From the NCBI RefSeq assembly GCF_964213995.1, contig NC_135821.1, forward strand, positions 29,884,001 to 29,948,000: DNA of 64,000 bases. The letters are read 5' to 3'. A program made the translations under genes and the position numbers. The notes under the pieces were generated by a model. It made no database searches. It had not been told where the DNA came from and saw only the letters and a program-made list of their open reading frames with translations. Origin of the DNA: Mustelus asterias (taxonomy: Eukaryota). How positions within the stretch are numbered: position 1 is the stretch's first letter; the number at the start of each line of letters is the position of its first letter. Below are positions 1 to 12,875 of this stretch, one piece after another.

Positions 1-297
1 TCTTAAAAGACCCTATCGAGTTTGCCTCCACCACCACGGACGGCAGCCGATTCCACTCGCCCACCACCCTCTGAGTGAAAAACTTACCCCTGACATCTCC
101 TCTGTACCTACTCCCCAGCACCTTAAACCTGTGTCCTCTCGTAGCAGCCATTTCAGCCCTGGGAAAAAGGCTCCGAGAATCCACCCGATCTATACCTCTC
201 AACATCTTGTACACCTCTATCAGGTCACCTCTCATCCTTCGTCTCTCCAAGGAGAAAATACCGAGCTCCCTCAGCCTAACCTTATAAGGCATGCCAA
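1..297 (-). mobile_element. CR1 RT C-terminal fragment
   Basis: Close match to the CR1 at 44430-44725. Confidence 0.85.
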
Positions 298-455
298 CCA
301 ATGGGGGTATATTTCTCTCCTATACAGGGGTGTATATTTCTGGGGGTATATTTCCGGGGATATATTTCTCACAGGGGGTATATTTCTGGGGGTATATTTC
401 TCCCAAAGGGGGTATATTTCTGGGGGTATATTTCTCACAGGGGTATATTTCTCCA

Positions 456-1422
456 GTAAGAAGTTTAACAACACCAGGTTAAAGTCCAACAGGTTTATTT
501 GGTAGCAAAAGCCACAAAAGCTTTCGGAGCTCCAAGCCCCTTCTTCAGGTGAGTGGGAATTCTGTTCACAAACAGGGCATATAAAGACACAAACTCAATT
601 TACATGAATAATGGTTGGAATGCGAATACTTACAACTAATCAAGTCTTTAAGAAACAAAACAACGTGAGTGGAGAGAGCATCAAGACAGGCTAAAAAGAT
701 GTGTATTGTCTCCAGACAAGACAGCCAGTGAAACTCTGCAGGTCCACGCAACTGTGGGGGTTACAAATAGTGTGACATGAACCCAATATCCCGGTTGAGG
801 CCGTCCTCGTGTGTGCGGAACTTGGCTATCAGTTTCTGCTCAGCGACTCTGCGCCGTCGTGTGTCGCGAAGGCCGCCTTGGAGAACGCTTACCCAAATAT
901 CAGAGGCCGAATGCCCATGACCGCTGAAGTGCTCCCCAACAGGAAGAGAACAGTCTTGCCTGGTGATTGTCGAGCGGTGTTCATTCATCCGTTGTCGCAG
1001 CGTCTGCATAGTTTCCCCAATGTACCATGCCTCGGGACATCCTTTCCTGCAGCGTATCAGGTAGACAACGTTGGCCGAGATGCAAGAGTATGTACCGTGT
1101 ACCTGGTGGATGGTGTTCTCACGTGAGATGATGGCATCTGTGTCGATGATCCGGCACGTCTTCCAGAGGTTGCTGTGGCAGGGTTGTGTGGTGTCGTGGT
1201 CACTGTTCTCCTGAAGGCTGGGTAGTTTGCTGCGGACATTCCAACCATTATTCATGTAAATTGTGTCTTTATATGCCCTGTTTGTGAACAGAATTCCCAC
1301 TCACCTGAAGAAGGGGCTTGGAGCTCCGAAAGCTTGTGTGGCTTTTGCTACCAAATAAACCTGTTGGACTTTAACCTGGTGTTGTTAATGTGTTTACCCC
1401 AGTCCAACGCCGGCATCTCCAC
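456..1422 (-). mobile_element. Penelope-like element (Neptune type): GIY-YIG endonuclease + pLTR, with an inverted pLTR copy (1237-1422, +)
   Basis: VVYLIRCRKGCPEAWYIGET...RQRMNEHR...E...GLN. 456-625 and 1237-1388 are inverted repeats. Confidence 0.93.
1302..1338 (+). ncRNA. Minimal type I hammerhead ribozyme (Penelope pLTR)
   Basis: cac CTGAAGA A GGGGC ttgga GCTCC GAA AGCT T gtg. Confidence 0.8.
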
Positions 1423-3556
1423 AACATATATTTCTCCCACAGGGATATATTTCTCATAGGGTATATTTCTGGAGGTATATTTCTCAGGGGGATATTTCTC
1501 CCACGGGGATATATTTCTGGGGGTATCATAGAAACCGTACAGTACAGAGAGAGGCCATTTGGCCCATCGAGTCTGCACCGACCACAATCCCACCCATATG
1601 CCTACATATTTACCCACTAATCCCTCGAACCTACACATCTCAGGACACTGAGGGCAATTTTAGCATGGCCAATCAACCTAACCCACACATCTTTGGACTG
1701 TATATTTCTCTCAGGGGTATATTTCTCGCACAGGGGTATATTCCTCACGGGGTATATTTCTGGGGGTATATTTCTCACAGGGGGTATAGTTCTGGGGTAT
1801 AGTTCTGGGGGTATATTTTCCCCACGGGGGTATATGTCTGGGGGTATATTTCTCACGGGGGTATATTTCTGGGGGTATATTTCCCCCACAGGGGGTATAT
1901 TTCCCCCACAGGGGTTATATTTCTGGGGTATATTTCCCCCATGGGGGTATATTTCTGAGGTATATTTCTGGGGGTATACTTCCCCCACACGGGGTATATT
2001 TCTGGGGGTATATTTCTCACAGGGGGTATATTTCTGGGGTATATTTCCCCCACAGGGGGTATATTTCTGGGAGTATATTTCCCCCACAGGGGGTATATTT
2101 CTGGGGGTATATTTCCCCCACAGGGGGTATATTTATCACAGGGGTATATTTCTCCCACAGGGGTATATTTCTGGCGGTATATTTCTCACAGGGGGTATCA
2201 CACAGGGGGTATATTTCTGGGGGTATATTTCCCCCACAGGGGGTATATTTCTGGGGGTATATTTCCCCCACAGGGGGTATATTTCTCACAGGGGTATATT
2301 TCTGGGGGTGTATTTCCCCCACAGGGGGTATATGTCTGGGGGTATATTCCCCCACAGGGGGTATATGTCTGGGGGTGTATTTTCCCCACAGGGCGTATAT
2401 GTCTGGGGTGTATTCCCCCACAGGGGGTATATGTCTGGGGGTACATTTCTCACAGGGGGTATATGTCTGGGGTATATGTCTGGGGGTACATTTCTCACAG
2501 GGGGTATATGTCTGGGGTATATTCCCCCACAGGGGGTATATGTCTGGGGGTACATTTCTCACAGGGGGTATATGTCTGGGGGTACATTTCTCACAGGGGG
2601 TATCACACAGGGGGTATATTTCCCCCACAGGGGGTATATTTCTGGGAGTATATTTCCCCCACAGGGGGTATATGTCTGGGGGTGTATTTTCCCCACAGGG
2701 GGTATATGTCTGGGGTGTATTCCCCCACAGGGGGTATATGTCTGGGGGTACATTTCTCACAGGGGGTATATGTCTGGGGTATATGTCTGGGGGTACATTT
2801 CTCACAGGGGGTATATGTCTGGGGTATATTCCCCCACAGGGGGTATATGTCTGGGGTATATTCCCCCACAGGGGGTATATGTCTGGGGGTACATTTCTCA
2901 CAGGGGGTATATGTCTGGGGGTACATTTCTCACAGGGGGTATATTCCCCCACAGGGGGTATATTTCTGGGGTATATTCCCCCACAGGGGGTATATGTCTG
3001 GGGTATATTCCCCACAGGGGGTATATGTCTGGGGTATATTCCCCCACAGGGGGTATATGTCTGGGGTATATTCCCCACAGGGGGTATATGTCTGGGGTGT
3101 ATTCCCCCACAGGGGGTATATGTCTGGGGGTACATTTCTCACAGGGGGTATATGTCTGGGGTATATGTCTGGGGGTACATTTCTCACAGGGGGTATATGT
3201 CTGGGGTATATGTCTGGGGGTACATTTCTCACAGGGGGTATATTCCCCCACAGGGGGTATATTTCTGGGGTATATTCCCCCACAGGGGGTATATGTCTGG
3301 GGTATATTCCCCCACAGGGGGTATATGTCTGGGGTATATTCCCCCACAGGGGGTATATGTCTGGGGGTACATTTCTCACAGGGGGTATATGTTGGGGTAT
3401 ATGTCTGGGGGTACATTTCTCACAGGGGGTATATGTTGGGGTATATGTCTGGGGGTACATTTCTCACAGGGGGTATATGTTGGGGTATATGTCTGGGGTA
3501 TATTCCCCCCACAGGGGGTATATGTTGGGGTGTATGTCTGGTGAAGCTGTACTCAC

Positions 3557-3796
3557 CCTGGCTGAGCGGCTCAGGTCATTGAACCTTTTCCGGCACTGGA
3601 TCCAGCTCCGGGGGGTGATGCTGAGCCTGCTGACCTCCTGTGCCACCTCCTGCCAGCCTCTCTTGGCCAGGCTGCTGTGAAGCTTCTTGCTGCTGGGGGG
3701 GAAGAGCAGGGCGGCCCGGGCCCGCACCGCCGCCACCAGCACCTCCAGGGAGGTGTCGGAGAAGCGGCGAGCCACCCGGCCCCGCCTGGCGGCCAT
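3557..3796 (-). CDS. Myb/SANT-like (trihelix, MSANTD/NAIF1-type) DNA-binding domain exon, typical of the PIF/Harbinger accessory protein
   Basis: gccATGG start, 80 codons (RFSDTSLEVLVAAV...LFP...WQEVAQEV...RSWIQCRKRFNDL), ending at donor AGG|GTGAGT. A TIR-like GGGTTTGGATTTTAA lies upstream at about 3947-3961. Confidence 0.8.
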
Positions 3797-3967
3797 GGCG
3801 CCCCGCTCAAAATCCGGCGGGCGGCGCGGCGGCGGCGGAAGATCCGCACCTCCCGGGGCGGGACTGCCGCCGGAAATTGCGCGCGGAAGGTGGGCGGGCG
3901 GCCGCTCCGCCAATCACTGGCCAGGACAGGGGGGAGAAATCCGGAGTTAAAATCCAAACCCGAGCGC

Positions 3968-4405
3968 AGCGCCGGCATTCCCGTCCCGCCGGCATTCCCG
4001 CCCTGTCCTGGTCCCGCCGGCATTCCCGTCCCGCCGCCATTCCCGTCCCGCCGCCATTCCCGCCCCGTCCTGGTCCCGCCGGCATTCCCGTCCCGCCGCC
4101 ATTCCCGTCCCGCCGCCATTCCCGTCCTGGTCCCGCCAGCATTCCCGTCCCGCCGGCATTCCCGCCCCGTCCTGGTCTCGCCGGCATTCCCGTTCCGTCC
4201 TGGTCCCGCCGGCATTCCCGCCCTGCCGGCATTCCCGTCCCTACCTGTTTAAAATCGCTCCCAGTCCCGCCAGCATTCCCGTCCCGGTCCCGCCGGCATT
4301 CCCGTCCTGGTTAAAATCGCTGCCAGCCACGCCGACATTCCCGCCCCGCCGACATTCCCGTCCCGCCGGCATTCCCGCCCCGCCCTGGTTAAAATCGCTG
4401 CCAGT
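3968..4405. repeat. GC-rich tandem array (CCGCCGGCATTCCCGTC) punctuated by TTAAAATCGCT motifs
   Basis: About 17-nt units, unusually CpG-rich. Confidence 0.9.
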
Positions 4406-4543
4406 CCCGGGGGAAGAGTCTGGATCCAATGGTTTGCACAAACACACAAGACATTTCCTGACACTGAACCATTCCCATCCAGAATCCATCCGGACAATCA
4501 GCACATTCTCCGCATCCTCCCGCTTTTCCAGTCCCGCACTCAC

Positions 4544-4693
4544 CTTTTCCCAGCTGCCAGACACACCCAGCCAGCGCCAGCAGCGAAACTCCGGCAAGGA
4601 GCAGCAGACAGGGCCAGCAGGAGGAGGTAGAGGGGCAGAGTGGACACTCGGAAATGCTGGTCGGAGATGGGGCAATGCTGGAATCTTCCAGAC
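4544..4693 (-). CDS. Stalk + transmembrane exon: (G)LEDSSIAPSPTSISECPLCPSTSSCWPCLLLLAGVSLLALAGCVWQLGK
   Basis: Acceptor tgtgtttgggtttcag|GT and donor AAAAG|GTGAGT, 150 nt, phase 1-1. Pro/Ser/Thr/Cys stalk followed by about 20 hydrophobic residues. This frame is not in the ORF track. Confidence 0.8.
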
Positions 4694-4721
4694 CTGAAAC
4701 CCAAACACAATCCCATCAGTT

Positions 4722-5215
4722 ACCCCCCAGAGGGAGGGGGGGGGATCAGGATAATAACACCCCCCGGGGGGTCAGGAGAATAACACCCCCACCCCCCAGA
4801 GGGAGGGGAGGGGGGGATCAGGACAATAACACCCCCCCCCCACCCCCCAGAGGGAGGGGAGGGGTGAATCAGGATAATAACACCCCCACCCCCCAGAGGG
4901 AGGGGAGGGGGGGATCAGGACAATAACACCCCCCCACCCCCCAGAGGGAGGGGGGGGGGATCAGGACAATAACACCCCCCCACCCCCCATAGGGAGGGGA
5001 GGGGTGAATCAGGATAATAACACCCCCCACCCCCCAGAGGGAGGGGAGGGGGGGATCAGGACAATAACACCCCCCCACCCCCCAGAGGGAGGGGGGGGAT
5101 CAGGACAATAACACCCCCCCCACCCCCCATAGGGAGGGGAGGGGTGAATCAGGATAATAACACCCCCACCCCCCAGAGGGAGGGGAGGGGGGGATCAGGA
5201 CAATAACACCCCCAC
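4722..5215. repeat. About 40-45-bp minisatellite CCCCCAGAGGGAGGGG...ATCAGGA(C/T)AATAACACCCCC
   Basis: About 11-12 copies visible. Confidence 0.92.
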
Positions 5216-5784
5216 AGGAATATCCAGATTGCTACAATTACAGATTTGACCAAACTTCAATACAGATGTTCCAGCTGTGTTTACACATCTTCCCAGGAGG
5301 ATATCACCTTCCATTGGGAACAGCACACTAACGGGCTATATTTACAGATGTATTCTCCATTTCCCAATTCTAACAGTTAGCCTCGGACGGGAATAATTGG
5401 ATTCCGCTCAGTGTTGAGGGTATTTTCAATCATTTCTGCTCTAACTAGCCGCCGCCGGCAGTGCAGTGAAACTGGGGCCAGCTGTCCCCGTGTTTCAAAT
5501 GTTTAACCAGCCGAATAACCATTCAAATCGATCAGACTCCAACTGATACATTAATGTCTCACTGCGAAAACACACCTTGTGGGTTCTGTAAACCCGAATC
5601 CTAACCCGAAGGGTTCACACGCAAACTGTTAAACTCCCCTGTACTACTCCCCCTCCCCAGGTCTGCCTTGGGCTTATTTGAATCTGGTTAGTGTCAGATC
5701 CTTTCTGGAAGCTTCCACTCCTTGAGGTTAAAGAGAGGAAATGCTTGGACTTTGTCTCTGTGTCGGTGACATTCACAACTGGAC

Positions 5785-8700
5785 CCTAACCTTAACTTAA
5801 CCTGAGCATAAATTTCCTTAACCTCACCATAACCTTAACCTGAGCATAACCAGACCTTAACCTGACCATAACCTTCCTTACCCTGAGCATAACCAGACCT
5901 TAACCTGACCATGAACTTCCTTACCCTGAGCATAACCAGATTTTAACCTGACCATAACCTGAACATAACCTGAGCATAATCAGACCTTAACCTGACCATA
6001 ACTTTCCTTAAAAAAAACAAAGAACAAAGAACAGTACAGCACAGGAAACAGGCCCTTCGGCCCTCCAAGCCTGTGCCGCTCATTGGTCCAACTGGACCAT
6101 TCGTTTGTATCCCTCCATTCCCAGACTGCTCATGTGACTATCCAGGTAAGTCTTAAGCGATGCCAGCGTGCCTGCCTCCACCACCCTACTTGGCAGCGCA
6201 TTCCAGGACCCCACCACCCTCTGTGTAAAAAACGTCCCTCTGATATCTGAGTTATACCTCACCCCTTGAGCCCGTGAGCCCTCGTGATCGTCACCTCCGA
6301 CCTGGGAAAAAGCTTCCCACTGTTCACCCGATTTATACCCTTCATAATTTTGTACACCTCTATTAGGTCTCCCCTCATTCTCCGTCTTTCCAGGGAGAAC
6401 AAGCCCAGTTTACCCAATCTCTCCTCATAGCTAAGACCCTCCATACCAGGCAACATCCTGGTAAACCTTCTCTGCACTCTCTCTAAAGCCTCCACGACCT
6501 TCTGGTAGTGCGGCGACCAGAACTGGACGCAATACTCCAAATGTGGCCTAACCAGCGTTCTATACAGCTGCAACATCAGACATCATACTCCTTACCCCGT
6601 CCTATAAAGGCAAGCATACCATATGCCTTCTTCACCACCTTCTCCACCTGTGCTGTCACCTTCAAGGATTTGTGGACTTGAACACCTAGGTCCCTCTGTG
6701 TTTCTATACTCTTGATGGCTCTGCCATTTATTGTATAACTCCCCCCTACATTAGTTCTTCCAAAATGCATCACTTCGCATTTATCTGGATTAAATTCCAT
6801 CTGCCATTTCTCCGCCCAATTTTCCAGCCTATCTATATCCTGCTGTATTGCCCGACAATGCTCTTCGCTATCCGCAAGTCCAGCTATCTTCGTATCATCC
6901 GCAAACTTGCTGATAACACCAGTTACACCTTCTTCCAAATCATTTATATATATCACAAATAGCAGAGGTCCCAGCACAGAGCCCTGCGAAACACCACTGG
7001 TCACAGACCTCCAGCTGGAAAAAGAACCTTCGACTGTTACCCTCTGTCTCCTGTAGCCAAGCCAGTTTTCTACCCATCTAGCCACCTCTCCTTGTATCCC
7101 ATGAGCCCGAACCTTCTTAACCAACCTGCCATGAGGGACTTTGTCAAATGCCTTACTGAAATCCATATAGACGACATCCACGGCCCTTCCTTCGTCAACC
7201 ATTTTTGTCACTTCCTCAAAAAACTCCACCAAATTTGTAAGGCACGACGTACCTCTATTTCAAAACCATGCTGTCTGTCACGAATGAGATTGTTCCGTTC
7301 TAAATGCGCATACATCCTGTCTCTAAGAATCCTCTCCAACAACTTCCCTACCACAGACGTCAAGCTCACTGACCTATAATTTCCCGGGTTATCCCTGCTA
7401 CCCTTCTTAAATAACGGTACCACATTTGCTATCCTCCAATCCTCAGGGACCTCACCTGTGTCCAATGAAGAGACAAAGATTTCCGTCAGAGGCCCAACAA
7501 TTACATCTCTTGTCTCCCTGAGCAGTCGAGATAGATGCCATCAGGCCCTGGGGATTTGTCAGTTTTAATATTACCTAAAAAACCTAACACTTCCTCCCTT
7601 GTAATGGAGATTCTCTCTGATGGGTCAACACATCCCTCTGAGACACTCCCAGTCAACAAGTCCCTCTCCTTTGCTAATACCGATGCAAATTATTCATTTA
7701 GGATCTCCCCTATTCCCTTGGGTTCTAAGCATAATTCCCCTCCTTTGTCCCTGAGAGGTCCGACTTTTTCCCTGACAACTCTTTTTGTTCCTAACATATG
7801 AATAAAAAGCCTTAGGATTCTCCTTAATCCTATCTGCCAAGAACATTTCGTGACCTCTTTTTGCCCTTCTAACTCCCCGTTTGAGTTCTTTCCTACTCTC
7901 TCTGTATTCCTCCAGAGCTCCATCTGTTTTCAGTTGCTTGGACCTAATGTATGCCTCTCTTTTCTTTTTGATCAGATCTTCAGTTTCCCTGGTTATCCAC
8001 GGCTCTCGAATCCTACCTTTCCTATCCTTCCTTTTTACAGGCACATGCCTGTCCTGCAGCCTTATCAACTGTTCCTTAAAAGACTCCCACATGCCAAACG
8101 TGGACTTACCCCCGAACAACCTCTCCCAATCAACGGCCACCAATTCCTGCCTAATCCGGCTATAGTTAGCCTTCCCCCAATTTAGCACCCTACCCTTAGG
8201 ACAACACTCGTCCTTGTCCATTACTATCCTAAAGTTAACAGAGTTGTGGTCACTATTTACCACATGTTCCCCTACCGAAACTTTGACGACCTGACCGGGC
8301 TCATTTGCCAGAACTAGATCCAGTATAGCCCCCTCTCTAGTTGGGCTATCTACATACTGCTCCAAAGAACCTTCCAGTATGCATTTTACAAATTCCTCCC
8401 CGTCCAGACCTCCAGCCCTAAGCACTTTCCAGTCTATACCAGGGAAATTGAAGTCTCCCACTACAACAACCCTATTTTTTCTGCACATATCCAGAATCTC
8501 CTGACATATCCGTTCCTCCACTTCCCGTGGGCTGTTGGGTGGCCTGTAGTACATCCCCAGCATAGTGATTGCAGCTTTCCTGTTTCTGAGCTCCACCCAC
8601 AGCGACTCATTACAAGACCCTTCTAAATTGTCCACCCTCTGCACCGCTGTAATATGCTCCCTAACTAATACCGCTACTCCCCCACCTTTTTTAACCCCTC

Positions 8701-9890
8701 CTCTGTCTCGCCTAAAACACTTGTACCCTGGAATATTCAGCTGCCAGTCCTGTCCTTCTTTTAACCATGTCTCTGTTACCGCAACCACATCCAAATTCTG
8801 CGTAAGCATTAAGGCCCTAAGTTCGTCTGCCTTACCCGTTACGCTCCTCGCATTGAAGCAGATGCACTCCAGACCTCCAGGCCCACTCAGGTCATCCTCC
8901 TCCAGAATGCTCTTCTTCTTAGCTAGCCTTGCCCTGGCCCCCAGCTCGACCCCAGCCTCAGTACTTACTGACCTACTGTTTTGATCCCCACCCTCCTGCC
9001 ACACTAGTTTAAACCCTGCTGAAACACTCTAGCAAAACTCCCAGCCAGGATATTTGTGCCCTTCCAGTTAAGGTGTAACCCATCCTTTCCGTACAGGTGC
9101 CATCCTCTCATGAAGACTTCCCAATGATCTATGAATTTGAAACCCTCCCTCTTGCACCAGTCCTTTAGCCACGTGTTCAATTGTAGAATCTCCCTGTTCC
9201 TGGCCTCACTAGCACTCGGCACTGGGAGCAGTCCAGGGATTGCTACCCGAGAGGCCTTATTTTTTAGCCTAGCACCCATCTCCCTGAATTGCTCTCGTAT
9301 GACCCCCCTGCTCTTTCTACCTACGTCATTTTCACCAATGTGTACAATTACATCTGTTTGATTACCTTCCCTTTTTAATATGCTTCCTACCCTCTTGGAG
9401 ACATCCAGTACCCCGGCACCAGGGAGGCAGACTACTACCCTGGAGTCTCGTTCGCGCCCGCAGAACCTGCGCATAACCAGACCTTAACCTGACCATAATC
9501 TTCCTTAACCTGAGCATAACTAAATTTTAACCTGACCATAACCTTCCTTAACCTGATCATAACCCTAACTTAACCTGAGCATAACCAGACCTTAACCTTC
9601 CTTAACCTGACCATAACCCTAATTTAACCTGAGCATAACCTGACCATAACCTTCCTTAACCTGAGCATAACCTCAACCTGAGCATAACCTTCTTTAACCT
9701 GATCGTAACCTTAACTTAACCTGAGCATAACCTTAACTTGACCTGAGCATAACCAGACCTTAACCTTCCTTAACCTGACCATAACCTTAACTTAACCTGA
9801 GCATAGCCAGGCCCTAATCTTTCTTAACCCGACCATAACCTGATCTTAATCATAACATGATCATAACCTTGGTTTAACCTGACTGTAACC
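5785..9890. repeat. Telomere-like (TAACCT)-based satellite (5785-6010 and 9471-9890), split by a CR1
   Basis: TAACCTGAGCATAACC and TAACCTGACCATAACC units on both sides of the LINE. Confidence 0.88.
6012..9470 (-). mobile_element. CR1 LINE, ORF1 (esterase) part + frameshifted ORF2
   Basis: ORFs 9004-9474, 7694-9004, 7208-7465, 6576-7232 and 6259-6576 are collinear with the intact ORF2. Confidence 0.95.
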
Positions 9891-10448
9891 GTATTTATTT
9901 AACACCTTTGGGGTGAGTCACAGCTGATTGAGGCTTTTTTTCGAAGGTGTGTTACAGAAAACAGGCCACAGCAAGAAATGAAATAGTTTATAAACCCCAC
10001 CAATAATGTGGAAATGATCGAGAGTTTAATGAACGAAACCTGATAACATTATGGTCCGTGGATGTTAATATAAAATCACTTTATTCTGTAAATTGCATTT
10101 TGCAACATATTGTAATTATTTGTATACTGAAATCTTCGTAATGTGCAATCCTTTATTATTGCTGACTTTATTTTTAATGATGATCCATAAGAATTTTATA
10201 ATTGATCATTTATTGATTTTATTTATATTGCTGAGGATGCTGTGGTATTGTCACTGGACTAGTTATCCAGAGAGCCAGGGTAATGCTCTGGGGACCCCGG
10301 TTCGAATCCCAACACGGCAGATAAAAATCTGGAATTAGATGTCTAATGGTGACCTGGTTCAGTAGGATATCTGCTGTTACCCAGTCCAGCCTAGATGTGA
10401 CTCTAAATGCACAGCAATGTGGTTAACTCTTAAATACCTTTTGATCAT

Positions 10449-10918
10449 GGCATGGTGGCACAGTGGTTAGTGCTGCTGCCTCACAATGCTAGGAACCCCA
10501 GTTTGATTCCAGCCTTGGGCGACTGCCTGTGTGGAGTTTGCACATTCTCCCCGTGTCTACGTGGGTTTCCTCCGGATGCTCTGGTTTCCTCCCACAGTCC
10601 AAGGATGTGCAGCTTAGGTGGATTGGCCATGCTAAAATGCCCCTTAGCGTTCCAAGATGTGTAGGTTAGGTGGATTGGCCATGCTAAAATGCCCCTTAGC
10701 GTCCCAAGATGTGTAGGTTAGGTGGATTGGCCATGGTAAATTGTCCATTAGTGTCCCAAGATGTGTAGGTTTATAGGTTAGATGGATTAGCCATGGTAAA
10801 TGCATGGGATTACGGGGATAGGGTAGAGGGGAAGGCCTGGGTAAGATGCACTTGCGAAGAGTCAGTGCAGGCTCAATGGGCTGAATGGCCTCCCTCTGCA
10901 ATGTAGGGATTCAATGGT
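10449..10918 (+). mobile_element. HE1-like tRNA-derived V-SINE with internal tandem amplification of an about 50-bp unit
   Basis: A/B-box head and V-SINE core; repeated GATGTGTAGGTTAGGTGGATTGGCCATG units. Confidence 0.85.
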
Positions 10919-10987
10919 TCAAGGAAAGTTGCAATGAGTGCTGCTCTGGCCAGCAACACTCAGGAATAATGAATAGCGCCTGCCTAC

Positions 10988-11990
10988 ATAGAACATAGAA
11001 TAGTACAGCACAGAACAGGCCCTTCGGCCCACGATGTTGTGCCGAGCTTTGTCTGAAACCCAGATCAAGCTATTTCCTCCCTATCATCCCGAAGTACTCC
11101 ATGTGCCTATCCAATAGCTTCTTAAATGTTCCTAAAGTGTCTGACTCCACTATCCCTGCAGGCAGTTCATTCCACACCCCAACCACTCTCTGAGTAAAAA
11201 ACCTACCTCGGACATCCTTCCTATATCTCCCACCATGAACCCTATAGTTATGCCCCCTAGTTACCGCTCCATTCACCCGAGGAAATAGTCTTTGAACGTT
11301 CACTCTATCTATCCCCCTCATCATCTTATAAACCTCTATCAAGTCTCCTCTCAACCTCCTCCGCTCCAAAGAGAAAAGCCCAAGTTCCCTCAACCTTTCC
11401 TCATAAGACCTACCCTCCAAACCAGGCAGCATCCTGGTAAATCTCCTTTGCACTCTTTCCAGTGTCTCCACATCCTTCTTGTAGTGAGGTGACCAGAATT
11501 GCACACAATATTCCAAATGTGGTCTCACCAAGGTCCTGTACAGTTGTAGCATAACCCCACGGCTCTTAAACTCAAACCCCCTGTTAATGAACGCCAACAC
11601 ACTATAGGCCTTCTTCACGGCTCTATCCACTTGAGTGGCAACCTTCAGAGATCTATGGATATGAACAACCAAGATCTCTCTGTTCCTCCACATTCTTCAG
11701 AACGCTACCTTTGACCCTGTAATCCACATTTAAATTAGTCCTACCAAAATGAATCACCTCGCATTTGTCAGGGTTAAACTCCATTTGCCATTTTTCAGCC
11801 CAGCTCTGCATCCTCTCTATATCTCTTTGCAGCCTACAACAGCCCTCCACCTCATCCACTACTCCACCAATCTTGGTGTCATCAGCAAATTTACTGATCC
11901 ACCCTTCAGGCCCCTCCTCCAAGTCATTTATAAAAATGACAAATAGCAGAGGACCAAGCACTGATCCCTGTGGCACTCCGCTGGTAACAT
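10988..11990 (-). mobile_element. 5'-truncated CR1 (RT C-terminal half + tail)
   Basis: GVPQGS, FADD and RPHLEYC motifs; (TTCTATG)n tail. Confidence 0.92.
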
Positions 11991-12553
11991 CATGATGTTT
12001 CAATATCACTTTCAGTAATTTATTATTTCCAGTGTTACTTGGGGGAGGGCGGCGGCGGGGGGGGGGGGGGCAACAAGCATTGGCCAAGGCCCCTGCTCTT
12101 CCTCAATAGGGAAAAGCAATATTTGATATCCTACTTTAAATGTGTCACTCTGAAACGTCAACCCGATTAAAAACTAAAATCTGTGAAGTGAAACTTTGAA
12201 TCTACCAGGTTCTGTCTCAGACAACAACAATAACTTGCATTTATGTAGCACCTTTCACATCATCAAATGCCCCAAGATGCTTCAAACAAAACTTAACATC
12301 CAGTCACATTAGGCCAGATGAACCACAGACATGATCAAAGAGTTGGGTTTTAAGGAGCGTCTTAAAGAGGGAGGGCACAGTAAGAACTGTCACAACACCA
12401 GGTTAAAGTCCAATAGGTTTATTTGGAATCATGAGCTTCTGGAGCGCTGCTCCTTCATCAGGTGAGTGGCTCGAGAAACCAAACAAGCCTGTTAAAGGAG
12501 GAGAAATAGAGAGGTGGAGAGATAGATTGCACTGTCTGCAGTCCACTGTCAAT

Positions 12554-12875
12554 GGCTGCACGGTGGCACAGTGGTTAGCACTGCTGCCTCACAGCGCCAG
12601 GGACCCGGGTTCAATTCCAGCCTCGGGTCACTGTCTGTGTAGAGTTTGCACATTCTCCCCGTGTCTGCGTGGGTTTCCTCCGGGTACTCCAGTTTCCTCC
12701 CACTGTGTGAAAGACGTGCTGGTTAGGGTGCATTGGCCGTGCTAAATTCTCCCTCAGTGTACCCGAACAGGTGCTGGAGTGTGACGACTAGGGGGGGTTT
12801 CACAGTAACTTCATTGCAGTGTTAATGTAAGCCTTACTTGTGACACTGATAAATAAACTTTACTTTACTTTTTTT
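12554..12875 (+). mobile_element. HE1-like SINE with the alternative (AATAAATAAACTTT) tail. Similar copies at about 20140-20430, 21685-21950 and 27495-27790(-)
   Basis: GGCACAGTGGTTAGCACTGCTGCCTCACAG head and V-SINE core. Confidence 0.85.

Larger units (their letters stand above)
301..3540. repeat. G-rich minisatellite (GGGGTATAT[T/G]TCT / CCCACAGGGGG units), interrupted by a Penelope and a SINE
   Basis: Directly visible; it explains the low-complexity ORFs at 131-3680. Confidence 0.95.

Noticed and set aside
131-3680. Long ORFs of up to 629 aa on both strands
   Set aside because: Translations of a stop-poor minisatellite, open in most frames.
3571-4314. Arg/Pro/Gly-rich ORFs
   Set aside because: Products of the GC-rich tandem array.
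4722-5215. Regularly spaced repeats resembling a CRISPR array
   Set aside because: No unique spacers, no cas genes, vertebrate context.
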